Shown: piece after piece, positions 9,227 through 17,403 of the stretch
Layout of the letters: each line of letters starts with the position of its first letter
How positions within the stretch are numbered: the first letter of the stretch is position 1
Assembly: GCA_031412775.1 (NCBI GenBank)
Contig: JANODQ010000741.1
Location: 1-39,318, forward strand
DNA length: 39,318 nucleotides
Origin: Pirellulaceae bacterium
Lineage (GTDB): Bacteria; Planctomycetota; Planctomycetia; Pirellulales; Pirellulaceae
Direction: 5' to 3'
Program-made: the position numbers and the translations under genes
Notes under the pieces: model-generated
What the model was told of the DNA's origin: nothing
What the model saw: only the letters and a program-made list of their open reading frames with translations
Database searches by the model: none

Positions 9227-9781
9227 ATGATTCTTTCAGGACAAGAGATTCACCGACGGATAGGAACCGATATCGTTGTCGATCCGTTCGACGAAACGCG
9301 GCTTAATTCCAACAGCTATGACCTTAGCTTGCATGATGAATTGCTTGTTTATGAGGAAGTTGTCTTGGATGTGAAGCAGCCCAATCGGTATCGGCGGCTA
9401 CAGATTCCGCAGGAAGGCTTGATCCTTTCACCGAACCAGCTTTACCTAGGGCGAACTCAAGAGTACACCGAGACGCACGAGCTGGTTCCGATGATCGAGG
9501 GACGTAGTTCGCTTGCGAGACTTGGCCTTTTCGTTCACGTATCGAGTGGATTCGGCGAAGTTGGCTTTTGCGGGTTTTGGACACTCGAAATTTTCTCGGT
9601 CCAGCCCATCCGAATCTATCCAGGAATTCGAATTTGCCAAATTTATTATCACCAGGTTACGGGCGACGTTTCCGAGTACTCGAGTAATAAGTACCAGAAC
9701 AACCGCGATATTCAGCCGAGTCTTATGTATAAGGAATTCATCCAAAGTGACGAACCCCAGCAACTGCGACTCGACTTTTAG
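9227..9781 (+). CDS. dcd: dCTP deaminase
   Basis: MILSGQEI...NSYDLSL...EGRSSLARLGLFVHVSSGF...GFWTLEI...KYQNN. The EGRSSLARLGL core is diagnostic of the Dcd/dUTPase-fold family. I place the start at the ATG at 9227. Confidence 0.9.
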   Translation: MILSGQEIHRRIGTDIVVDPFDETRLNSNSYDLSLHDELLVYEEVVLDVKQPNRYRRLQIPQEGLILSPNQLYLGRTQEYTETHELVPMIEGRSSLARLGLFVHVSSGFGEVGFCGFWTLEIFSVQPIRIYPGIRICQIYYHQVTGDVSEYSSNKYQNNRDIQPSLMYKEFIQSDEPQQLRLDF

Positions 9782-9881
9782 TCCTAGATCTTCCCGTAAC
9801 TGAACTCGCTACCGTTTCGACATCTACCGCGGCGAATACAAACCACCAATTGATTTCCGACCAAGCACAAGAAGGTCGCAA

Positions 9882-11117
9882 TTACGACTTCTTAGATTGG
9901 TATATGCGACTGATAAGTTCTTCGTAGCCGACAACCATCGATTGCATAGAGCCGTATTTCTGAACACGCTGACGGCCCTGTTCACCGATGGTTGTGTGCT
10001 TCTTAGAGTCCAAGATAAGTTCCTGAATTCGGACAGCCATCGCTTCCGCATCGCCGGGCTCCACGCAATAACCAGTTTCGCCATCGATAACCGTTTCGGC
10101 GATCGAGCCGACGCGAGTACTCACGACTGGTACTTCGGTCGAGAGTGCTTCTAAAATCGATACAGGATTAGCTTCGTTGTGGCTAGTCAAAGCAAACACA
10201 TCGATTGCTGTGAGAAGGCGGTGGGTGTCACTGCGATTACCAAGCATTTGAACTTGATATTGAAGCGAGTGCTTTTCGATAGCCGCTTCGATCTTCACGC
10301 GTTCGGGGCCGTCACCGATGATCAAAAACTGACTATCGCGAACAACACGTTGCACCCGAGCAGCAACGTCGATAAACATTTCATGATTCTTCTCCGGTCG
10401 CAACGCAGCAACAATCCCTATTACCGGCGCGGTGGCCGGTAGATTCAATTCGCGACGTACTCGCGATCGAGTTTGTAGGTCGGGACAAAATCGTTCCGTA
10501 TTAATCCCATTTGGAATCACGGCGACTTTCGATTGAGGAAAACGTTCGAAATCGACCAGGAACTTTCCGTGTGATTGCGCGACCGCGATGAAAGCATCGG
10601 TGATCTTTGTCAAGTATCGATTGGCTTTTCCAACTCCGTCTGGCCATCCGGTAGAGTGAAGTGCGGAACAAATAACAGGAACTCGAGCGAGTTTCGCGGC
10701 TATCCGGCCCCAGAACATCTTGTCACCCGCACCGACGGTGACGACCGCTTCGATTTTCTCGCGAACAAAATGCTGACGCAACCGTTCGATAACACGAAAG
10801 TCCCATTTGGAAGCAATGAATCGCGAGGCAACCGAAAACTCAGCCGCGAGCTCTTCGCCCAGCGGTCCACGCTCTTTCAGACAAACAATCTGCGGAAGAA
10901 TTTTGTCGGAATCAAAGCCGCGAACCAAGTTGACGAGGAGCGTTTCCGCTCCTCCCACCGGCATACTTGTTAGCAAAAATGCAGTTCGAATCGGCTTCGT
11001 TTTTTTAGAATGGATTTGGTTTGGATTGATCACTTTAGAAGAACTGCCTAGCGATTCAAAATCCAATTCATACATCGATTCGGCTCGGGCGGAATCATGG
11101 TCGACTATCAAGTTCAT
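9882..11117 (-). CDS. Family 4 (group 1) glycosyltransferase
   Basis: The N-terminal MPVGGAETLLVNLV and the C-terminal GDGPER...LTSHNEANPVSILEALSTEVPVVSTRVGSIAETV..GETG form the GT4 EX7E-type region. The start ATG overlaps the upstream gene's stop (ATGA at 11117-11114). Confidence 0.85.
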   Translation of the reverse strand: MNLIVDHDSARAESMYELDFESLGSSSKVINPNQIHSKKTKPIRTAFLLTSMPVGGAETLLVNLVRGFDSDKILPQIVCLKERGPLGEELAAEFSVASRFIASKWDFRVIERLRQHFVREKIEAVVTVGAGDKMFWGRIAAKLARVPVICSALHSTGWPDGVGKANRYLTKITDAFIAVAQSHGKFLVDFERFPQSKVAVIPNGINTERFCPDLQTRSRVRRELNLPATAPVIGIVAALRPEKNHEMFIDVAARVQRVVRDSQFLIIGDGPERVKIEAAIEKHSLQYQVQMLGNRSDTHRLLTAIDVFALTSHNEANPVSILEALSTEVPVVSTRVGSIAETVIDGETGYCVEPGDAEAMAVRIQELILDSKKHTTIGEQGRQRVQKYGSMQSMVVGYEELISRIYQSKKS

Positions 11118-12073
11118 ATCGAGCCTATTGAAGACATAGAAACGGGATTCACGCCAGTTTGCGTAGACACCAAAAACGGACGTACGCTGCTGGCACTAGA
11201 TTCAGAGCGACAATCTAAAAACGACTCGGCTGTTTGCGTTGGCATTTTGTATTTGAGCGGACACTTTTTACCAATTTTCCTCGGATCCATCGTCAGCCAA
11301 TTATGGAGTGACGCGGTTCCGCATTCGCCGTGAAAGCGACTGATATGAAACGAGTCTCCACCAGGAAAATTCAATCCGCCATAAGCTGAGACAAAGGCTC
11401 GAAAACCAGATTCGAACACCATATCGATAGCCGCTTGAGACATGTTTTTCGGAAAGCCATAAGGAAACGCAAAGTATGCAATTTCTTGGCCAGTCCAGTC
11501 CTGAAGCTTTTTACGTGAGTCAGAGATTTCAATAAGCAAACGTTCGCGAGGCCATGGCTTACCCAGATCAATGTGGCTCGCAGTGTGACCACCGATTTGA
11601 ATCCCGTTGTTCGCCATCCATCGAATCTCCGAGATCGAATTGACACAAAGTGGTTCTTTGCGTGCGATGTCATGTTCGAAGAATTTTTGATTCTCGACAT
11701 GATTCGTCGTAACGAAGTATGTGCAAGGAATTTTTCGGCGAATCAGCTCCGGAATTGCTCGATCGAGATTCTCTGCGTAGCCATCATCAAACGTAATCGC
11801 AACAGAGTGCGTCTCGCGAATTTGTTTTTTTTGCGTGCGAATCGTATCGTCCAGCGATGCAAAGGTCGCAAGATCGGCAATCAAGTCGAGATGCTTTACA
11901 AAGTTATCGGTACTGATCGACCAAGGATTTGCGATGGATTCTGCAACACGGTGATAGAAGACGACGCTCGCAGGCCAAGACTTCGACTCTGAAAATTGCT
12001 GCACAATTTCCCGACGAGTTGACGTGGTCAACCATTCGTAGGTGTTCAGCAAATTTTCGCGTAGCGTGGTCAT
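11114..12073 (-). CDS. Polysaccharide deacetylase (NodB homology domain)
   Basis: NodB motifs: VAITFDDGY (Asp-Asp) and GGHTASHIDL (H-x-x-x-x-H metal site). The 4-nt overlap indicates co-translation with the GT4. Confidence 0.85.
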   Translation of the reverse strand: MTTLRENLLNTYEWLTTSTRREIVQQFSESKSWPASVVFYHRVAESIANPWSISTDNFVKHLDLIADLATFASLDDTIRTQKKQIRETHSVAITFDDGYAENLDRAIPELIRRKIPCTYFVTTNHVENQKFFEHDIARKEPLCVNSISEIRWMANNGIQIGGHTASHIDLGKPWPRERLLIEISDSRKKLQDWTGQEIAYFAFPYGFPKNMSQAAIDMVFESGFRAFVSAYGGLNFPGGDSFHISRFHGECGTASLHNWLTMDPRKIGKKCPLKYKMPTQTAESFLDCRSESSASSVRPFLVSTQTGVNPVSMSSIGSI

Positions 12074-12291
12074 TATGCATTCAAGCTGGAAAAGGAGTCA
12101 ATCTATGGAAAAGTGCCTCTCATTTTTGTATCGAGCAAACTTCACACAGCTTTGAAAGTCGCTATTTGTGCCTTTCACGGAGGTTGTAACGATTATCAGG
12201 AATCAAACGACTACAGAAAAACGAGGACCGCTTCATCGAACACGTCCTGTGTTCCGGATCGTGGCGTAAGTTATTACACGGAGAAAATGTA

Positions 12292-13734
12292 ATGCTGTTT
12301 GTTGGTTGTTTAATGGCACTTGCCGCGGGGGTGTGGTTCCTTCTAGCGTTGCGTCATAACGACATGGTCGTCGGTTCAGCCATTTTCTTAACCGTCACTA
12401 GCACATTCACTTCTGACTTCTTTGCGGTACAGACCGGAAGTGTGACTCTGACGCTAGATCGCTTGTGGATCGTTTGTCTGATGATCCAATTGATTTACAA
12501 CATCAAGTTCGGACGATTTGTTGCACGACCCCTCCAGACATCCGACGTTTGCCTGGCTGCTTTTCTTGGTTGGCTAATTCTTCGAACCCTTATGGAACCC
12601 TTGGGCGAACAAATCAAAGGGCAACCGTCGACTGTCATGCATTTGCTGAACGGTTATTTAGTTCCAGCGCTACTGTATTGGCTGATTCGATTTAGTCGTG
12701 TCGACGAGAAATCGATTAAACCAGCGGTAGTGATTTTGCTAGTCTTTGGCGTCTACCTTGGAATCACTGCGGTCTTAGAAATTGCAAACATGTGGTCGCT
12801 CGTCTTTCCCAAGCATATCGCTGACCCAACAATCGGCATCCATTTCGGTCGTGCTCGTGGCCCGATGATTCAATCAGTTCGGCTTGGAATTTGTTTGAAT
12901 CTTTGCTTGGCTCTACTTTGGACCTGTGTTTGGCGGTTAAACCCAAAATCCAAGTGGGCTTGGACAGCGGTAATAGCGATCTCACCGATTTTGCTTTTGG
13001 GCATTCTATTGACTTACACGCGAAGCATTTGGATGGGCGCAGGCGCAACCATAATCATTTCAATGCTGACACTTTTGCAAGGAAAAGTAAGAGCTATGGC
13101 GCTCGGCGGGTTATTTGTATCCACCGTGGTTGCTGGTTTGATCGTTGGCCCGAGTCTTGTATCGTTCAAGCGCGAGTACTCGGAAGCAGAGACGCGAGAG
13201 AGTACTTATATGCGGGCGGCTTTTGCTTACGTTTCTTGGCAGATGTTTTTTGACAGACCCATTATCGGGTTCGGATTCAATCAGTTCCAAGTCTATAATC
13301 GTCCGTACTTGGACGACCGCACAACCAATATTCGACTTGAATCGATTCGCGGGTATGTACACCATAACTCGTATGCGAGCATCTTGGTCGATCTCGGGTT
13401 AATCGGAGGTGTACTCTATTCGATAGTCGTGATTGCTTTCGGGCGAAACACCTTCCAGTTATGGCGAAACCAAGCCGCACCCCGGTGGGCTCGAGCGACA
13501 GCTTCGCTTACGTTTTCGATTGCCGCAGTTCACGCAATCCAAATGGCGTTTCACGAAGTTTCATTTTCCACCATCGAATACAGCGCCGTGGCCATCTCGC
13601 TTGGACTTTGCCAAGCCTGTCGCGATGATTTCCAAGGAGCGGCCGTTAGCGTTGCGAAAGCTCGTGTACCATATCAACCAGTGCAATCACGTTATCAACC
13701 GGGGTATGAGGCAAGATCCCATGCCCAAGGTTAA
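12292..13734 (+). CDS. O-antigen ligase / Wzy-like polytopic membrane protein
   Basis: There are about 10 or more hydrophobic segments. The central TYTRSIWMGAGATIIIS motif and the large loop are typical of the Wzy_C/O-antigen ligase family. A ggag precedes the ATG at 12292. Confidence 0.8.
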   Translation: MLFVGCLMALAAGVWFLLALRHNDMVVGSAIFLTVTSTFTSDFFAVQTGSVTLTLDRLWIVCLMIQLIYNIKFGRFVARPLQTSDVCLAAFLGWLILRTLMEPLGEQIKGQPSTVMHLLNGYLVPALLYWLIRFSRVDEKSIKPAVVILLVFGVYLGITAVLEIANMWSLVFPKHIADPTIGIHFGRARGPMIQSVRLGICLNLCLALLWTCVWRLNPKSKWAWTAVIAISPILLLGILLTYTRSIWMGAGATIIISMLTLLQGKVRAMALGGLFVSTVVAGLIVGPSLVSFKREYSEAETRESTYMRAAFAYVSWQMFFDRPIIGFGFNQFQVYNRPYLDDRTTNIRLESIRGYVHHNSYASILVDLGLIGGVLYSIVVIAFGRNTFQLWRNQAAPRWARATASLTFSIAAVHAIQMAFHEVSFSTIEYSAVAISLGLCQACRDDFQGAAVSVAKARVPYQPVQSRYQPGYEARSHAQG

Positions 13735-15628
13735 AGATGTGGCCAGCGCGTCCGTCGGCTTCGTCAAGCACCCGCTGAACTTGCTTACGAATAGCCTTAA
13801 GATCGGAAAATAAAATCGTTGGATCTAAGTTTCCTTGGACCGCTCGATCCGCTCCCGCCATATCCCAACCTGTATCCAAGGGAACACGCCAATCAAGTCC
13901 GACAACGGTTCTTGAGTCTCCTCGGAGCATCGAAGTCAGCATTGGGTTTCCAGTTGCAAAATTCACAACTGGCACACCAGGTATGATCGCATCCAGGATT
14001 TGCAACATGTATGGTCGAACGTAAGTTCGATAATCCGACTGCGAAAGGCATCCCGCCCACGAGTCAAAAATCTGAACGCAATTCGCACCAGCGAGAATTT
14101 GCGAATTCAAGTACAAAGCAATCGATCGCGAAAGCTTTTGCATCAACACATCCCACGCATCGGGAGAGCTATACATGAGCGTCTTGGTGTGCAAATAGTT
14201 TTTGCTGCCACCACCTTCGATCATGTAGCTAGCTAGCGTAAATGGCGCACCGGAAAAACCGATGACGGGGATATGCGGCTTTATCGCAGCACGCGTGTAG
14301 CGAACCGTGTCGGCCACGAATTGCAACGGTTCCATGGACTCGAGTTCTCGAACTCGATCAACATCGTTTGGCTCGCGTAGCGGATTATGAATGACTGGTC
14401 CGTCCCCTTGGGCGAACTCCAATTCCATTCCCATCGGCTCGAGAATCGGCAGTAAATCGGAAAAGATAATTGCAGCATCGACACCAAGTTTTTCAACTGC
14501 CGTGACCATTACTTCCGCGCAAAGTTGCGAGTTCTTACACAATTCCAGAAAACCAACCTTCGCGCGCACTTCGCGATACTCAGCCATGTAACGTCCAGCT
14601 TGTCGCATCAACCAAACCGGTGTGACAGGACTGCTTTGCCGACGCGCTGCGAGCATGAATGGACTATTATCAACTTTGGCGGACGTGTCTTGAGAAGTAC
14701 TTGACATGGCGGGAATGATTTTAGTTGGCGAGGTGTTTGAGTTGGAAAGATCGGCTTGCGAAAACTCGGGTAAAGGTATTGGTCGAAGACGTTTCGCAGC
14801 AAGCACACGAGCCGTTCTCGAGGCCGCTTCAGACACCAGATGTCCCATCTTGGGATGCTCCGGTTCGAAGTCTACGGTGATTTCTAGATGTTGACACATC
14901 TCGGATGTCGTCGGCCCAATCGATACGACGACCATTGAGTTAAGTGCTTTTCGGAGCGACTCCTCAACACCCATCTCTTGCGCCATTCGAATCAAGTTGA
15001 CAACTTGATGAGCACTTGTGACAAGCAAGCAATCACGACGACCACTCACCATCTCGCGGATGTTTTCACGAAGCGGTTCCGTGTCTTCAGGAAGCTCCCA
15101 CTGATATACGCGGACTTGTACTACGCGTGCACCACGAGCTTCGAGGCCGGCTATCAGTGAGCGATTAGTTACTCCGTATTCTTGCAGTCCAATGGTCTGG
15201 TTAGCGATCGGAACCTGCAAATCAATTGTGTTTAGCAGCTCTCGCCACGTATTCGGCTCGGGGGCGCGGAAAGTGGGACTTAATCCAACCTCACGCATGG
15301 CGACCACAGGCTTGGGGCCTCGAGCAATCGTTGTAATGTCCGAAAGGGTGTCCAAAAACTGCTGCTTGTCAACATGCCGCTCAATTGCCGAAAGAAGATG
15401 TTTAAAACCTACTCCAGTAAGGAATATGACGACGTTGATCTCGCCAATAATCACCCGGTTTGCGAAATCAATTGCTTCGCGATTCTCGCTCAGCGGAACT
15501 TCCCGCATCGACGGACTGACAAATGGAGTCCCGCCGAATCGCTCAATCAATCGTGCCATATCGTCGCACCGACGGCTTTCCAGTGCGGCAATGCGAAGTC
15601 CATTGAAAGAGGGCGATAAATTGGTCAT
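13646..15628 (-). CDS. hemE: Fusion protein: uroporphyrinogen-III synthase (HemD-like) N-terminal domain plus uroporphyrinogen decarboxylase (HemE)
   Basis: Residues 1 to about 280: LRIAALESRR..ARLIERFGGTPFVSPSMREVPL...VVIFLTGVGF...LLVTSAHQV...IGPTTSE, a HEM4-like two-lobe pattern. A Ser/Thr-rich linker follows. From about residue 325: PVWLMRQAGRYMAEYR...NLGHGILPHTPVDNV, the canonical HemE motifs. It is one uninterrupted 660-codon frame. Confidence 0.85.
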   Translation of the reverse strand: MTNLSPSFNGLRIAALESRRCDDMARLIERFGGTPFVSPSMREVPLSENREAIDFANRVIIGEINVVIFLTGVGFKHLLSAIERHVDKQQFLDTLSDITTIARGPKPVVAMREVGLSPTFRAPEPNTWRELLNTIDLQVPIANQTIGLQEYGVTNRSLIAGLEARGARVVQVRVYQWELPEDTEPLRENIREMVSGRRDCLLVTSAHQVVNLIRMAQEMGVEESLRKALNSMVVVSIGPTTSEMCQHLEITVDFEPEHPKMGHLVSEAASRTARVLAAKRLRPIPLPEFSQADLSNSNTSPTKIIPAMSSTSQDTSAKVDNSPFMLAARRQSSPVTPVWLMRQAGRYMAEYREVRAKVGFLELCKNSQLCAEVMVTAVEKLGVDAAIIFSDLLPILEPMGMELEFAQGDGPVIHNPLREPNDVDRVRELESMEPLQFVADTVRYTRAAIKPHIPVIGFSGAPFTLASYMIEGGGSKNYLHTKTLMYSSPDAWDVLMQKLSRSIALYLNSQILAGANCVQIFDSWAGCLSQSDYRTYVRPYMLQILDAIIPGVPVVNFATGNPMLTSMLRGDSRTVVGLDWRVPLDTGWDMAGADRAVQGNLDPTILFSDLKAIRKQVQRVLDEADGRAGHIFNLGHGILPHTPVDNVIALVDMVHELSQR

Positions 15629-15832
15629 GCTATCCTGGGTAGTTTGGAGAAGATCGGGGTTTACTGAAAAACAGCAATAGCCGTTCTCTGTTTTTCGATT
15701 AAGATCCTATCTTAGCAAATTTACTGATTTTGCGGATCGACCTCCGGAAACGGCTTGAACGAATCGCTATCGATGCGAGCAATATTCCAGCCAGGTTAGT
15801 CGCGAATTTTTGTACCACTCAGAGAAAGCATC

Positions 15833-16276
15833 ATGACCACCAAGCCAAAGATTAGTAAGTCACGCGTCGCCCTGGAGTATATAGAGTCCCATCCCGAGGC
15901 AACAGCCAATGATGTGGTAGCCGCTCTGTCGCAATACGAAGTGAAACTCTCAGACGTCGCCAACGCCAAGCAGAAATTGCGAGCGACTTCGCAAAAACGA
16001 GCAGCGAACGGTCAAAAAAAGCGAGGTCCAAAGCCTGGCAAAGCAGCCAAAGCAACAGCAGAAATTGCCGCAAAGACTCCAAAGAAGCCAGGCCGTAAGC
16101 CTTTGAAGAAGACAGCAGCAGCAAAATCGCCGAAAGCTGCATCCAAGGTGGCAGTGGCTGTTAGTAGCAGCCCCTACTCGACCATCGAGGCGGGCTTGCT
16201 TTTCATCGAAGCGACTGGATCGATCGAGAGTGCTCGCGAGTTGCTAACTCTCATCGAGCAAATCAAGAAGGCCTAG
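15833..16276 (+). CDS. Lys/Ala/Pro-rich histone H1-like (AlgP/Hc1-like) putative nucleoid protein
   Basis: The central tract KKRGPKPGKAAKATAEIAAKTPKKPGRKPLKKTAAAKSPKAASK is flanked by short segments of non-repetitive composition at the N- and C-termini. Confidence 0.65.
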   Translation: MTTKPKISKSRVALEYIESHPEATANDVVAALSQYEVKLSDVANAKQKLRATSQKRAANGQKKRGPKPGKAAKATAEIAAKTPKKPGRKPLKKTAAAKSPKAASKVAVAVSSSPYSTIEAGLLFIEATGSIESARELLTLIEQIKKA

Positions 16277-16312
16277 TTTGTCGGCGCATCAGACTTCATT
16301 CGCCAGTGGGAT

Positions 16313-16876
16313 TTAGAAATACATCCCCTGGCAGGCGAAGTATCCTAATGCCGCCAACGTCATTGGAATTCCGTACGGGAGAAGTCGCATACGAGGTTTG
16401 CGTTCGGCAGCTATTTGATAGAGCTGTTCTGGATCAGCCACTTCGAACCATTCACGAATGATGAACACAAACTGTTTGGCATGATGTTTCCATTGCCCGC
16501 TTGCAACCACCATCACGATCGCCATGATCGCACCAACAATTGTTGTTGCTACAAAAACTTGCCAGGTATGTTCTACGTGAACCCATGCGCCGATTCCGGC
16601 GAGCAGTTTTACGTCGCCCGCTCCCATGCCACCAACACTGTAGAGTGGATAGAGCAACAAAAGCCCAACGACCGAACCAGCAAAGCTCCATCCAAGTCCT
16701 TCGAATCCGCCCGCTGCGCAGCTGTAGATCCAACCTGAAATAATCATAGGGAACGTAATCCAGTTTGGAACCTTCAACGCCCAGCCGTCAATCACTGCAG
16801 CGACCACGAGAATTACAGAGACCAACCAAATCGGCCAATGCTGAATGAAAGCGTCTGCTAAGGCTGCCAAGTCCAT
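16313..16876 (-). CDS. cpaA: Flp/Tad prepilin peptidase (A24 family, CpaA/TadV type)
   Basis: The protein is polytopic. Two catalytic Asp contexts are present: AAVIDGWALKVPN and GGMGAGDVKLLAGIG. There is no N-terminal methyltransferase domain, as in CpaA/TadV. The ATG is at 16876, with an alternative GTG at 16930. Confidence 0.85.
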   Translation of the reverse strand: MDLAALADAFIQHWPIWLVSVILVVAAVIDGWALKVPNWITFPMIISGWIYSCAAGGFEGLGWSFAGSVVGLLLLYPLYSVGGMGAGDVKLLAGIGAWVHVEHTWQVFVATTIVGAIMAIVMVVASGQWKHHAKQFVFIIREWFEVADPEQLYQIAAERKPRMRLLPYGIPMTLAALGYFACQGMYF

Positions 16877-16964
16877 GATTTCTATGCTTATCGATTTGAA
16901 TGAGTTTGTGTGACTATCGTTGCGACTCACCTAAAGATGATCGCGATTGATCGGGAGAAGTTTA

Positions 16965-17075
16965 TTACCTTGCTGGGAAAAGCCAGAACCACATCACAGC
17001 CATCAAGGCCATGAAACATCCCATCATTTGCCAGAGCCCACTAATCGCCTCAATTGGTAACAGTCCATGGTTCAT
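16965..17075 (-). CDS. Candidate 36-aa hydrophobic small ORF between the flp terminator and cpaA
   Basis: Hand translation gives MNHGLLPIEAISGLWQMMGCFMALMAVMWFWLFPAR, followed by a stop. It falls below the track's length cut-off. It has no clear SD and no recognised family. Confidence 0.2.
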   Translation of the reverse strand: MNHGLLPIEAISGLWQMMGCFMALMAVMWFWLFPAR

Positions 17076-17102
17076 GATATAGTGGGGTCCGTATGTATCT
17101 TT

Positions 17103-17153
17103 TAAAAAATGCGGCGCAGGCAATCGACGATTTCCAACGATCGCCTGCGTCGC
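17103..17153 (-). terminator. Rho-independent terminator downstream of the flp genes
   Basis: The minus-strand RNA reads GCGACGCAGGCGAUCG-loop-CGAUUGCCUGCGCCGC. That is a 16-bp stem with one A.C mismatch and one G.U pair, followed directly by AUUUUUUAAA. It starts about 22 nt after the flp2 stop. Confidence 0.65.
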
Positions 17154-17174
17154 AAAAAGGGGCTGGAACCAATG

Positions 17175-17363
17175 CTACGAGGCAGGAGTTCCAGAAATTT
17201 GCCCGGCAACCGATGTGAACGCTGTTCGTGCATTGTTACCGACTGTTCGAGTTGCTGTTAAGCAGATAACGATAATTAGCGACAACATTACGGCGTACTT
17301 AACAGCCGTCGGTCCGTCTTCTGTTTCCAGAAAACGCTGTACCTTCGCGTAAAGATCTTTTAT
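17175..17363 (-). CDS. flp: Flp-family pilin paralog 2, with ATA at the homologous start codon and Lys at mature position +5; atypical or possibly a pseudogene
   Basis: IKDLYAKVQRFLETEDGPTAVKYAVMLSLIIVICLTATRTVGNNARTAFTSVAGQISGTPAS. It has the same 62-codon length as flp1, with AAGGAG 7 nt upstream of the ATA. There is no nearby in-frame ATG, GTG or TTG. Confidence 0.5.
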   Translation of the reverse strand: MKDLYAKVQRFLETEDGPTAVKYAVMLSLIIVICLTATRTVGNNARTAFTSVAGQISGTPAS

Positions 17364-17403
17364 CTCGCCGCTCCTTGAACCTACAAGCTGGCACCAGCAA
17401 AAA

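Noticed and set aside
15666-15696. A 9-bp perfect inverted repeat, gaaaaacag-N13-ctgtttttc, in the divergent hemDE / H1-like promoter region.
   Set aside because: It is A/T-rich and short, and several such repeats are expected by chance. It is not positioned at a gene end, so it is not a terminator.
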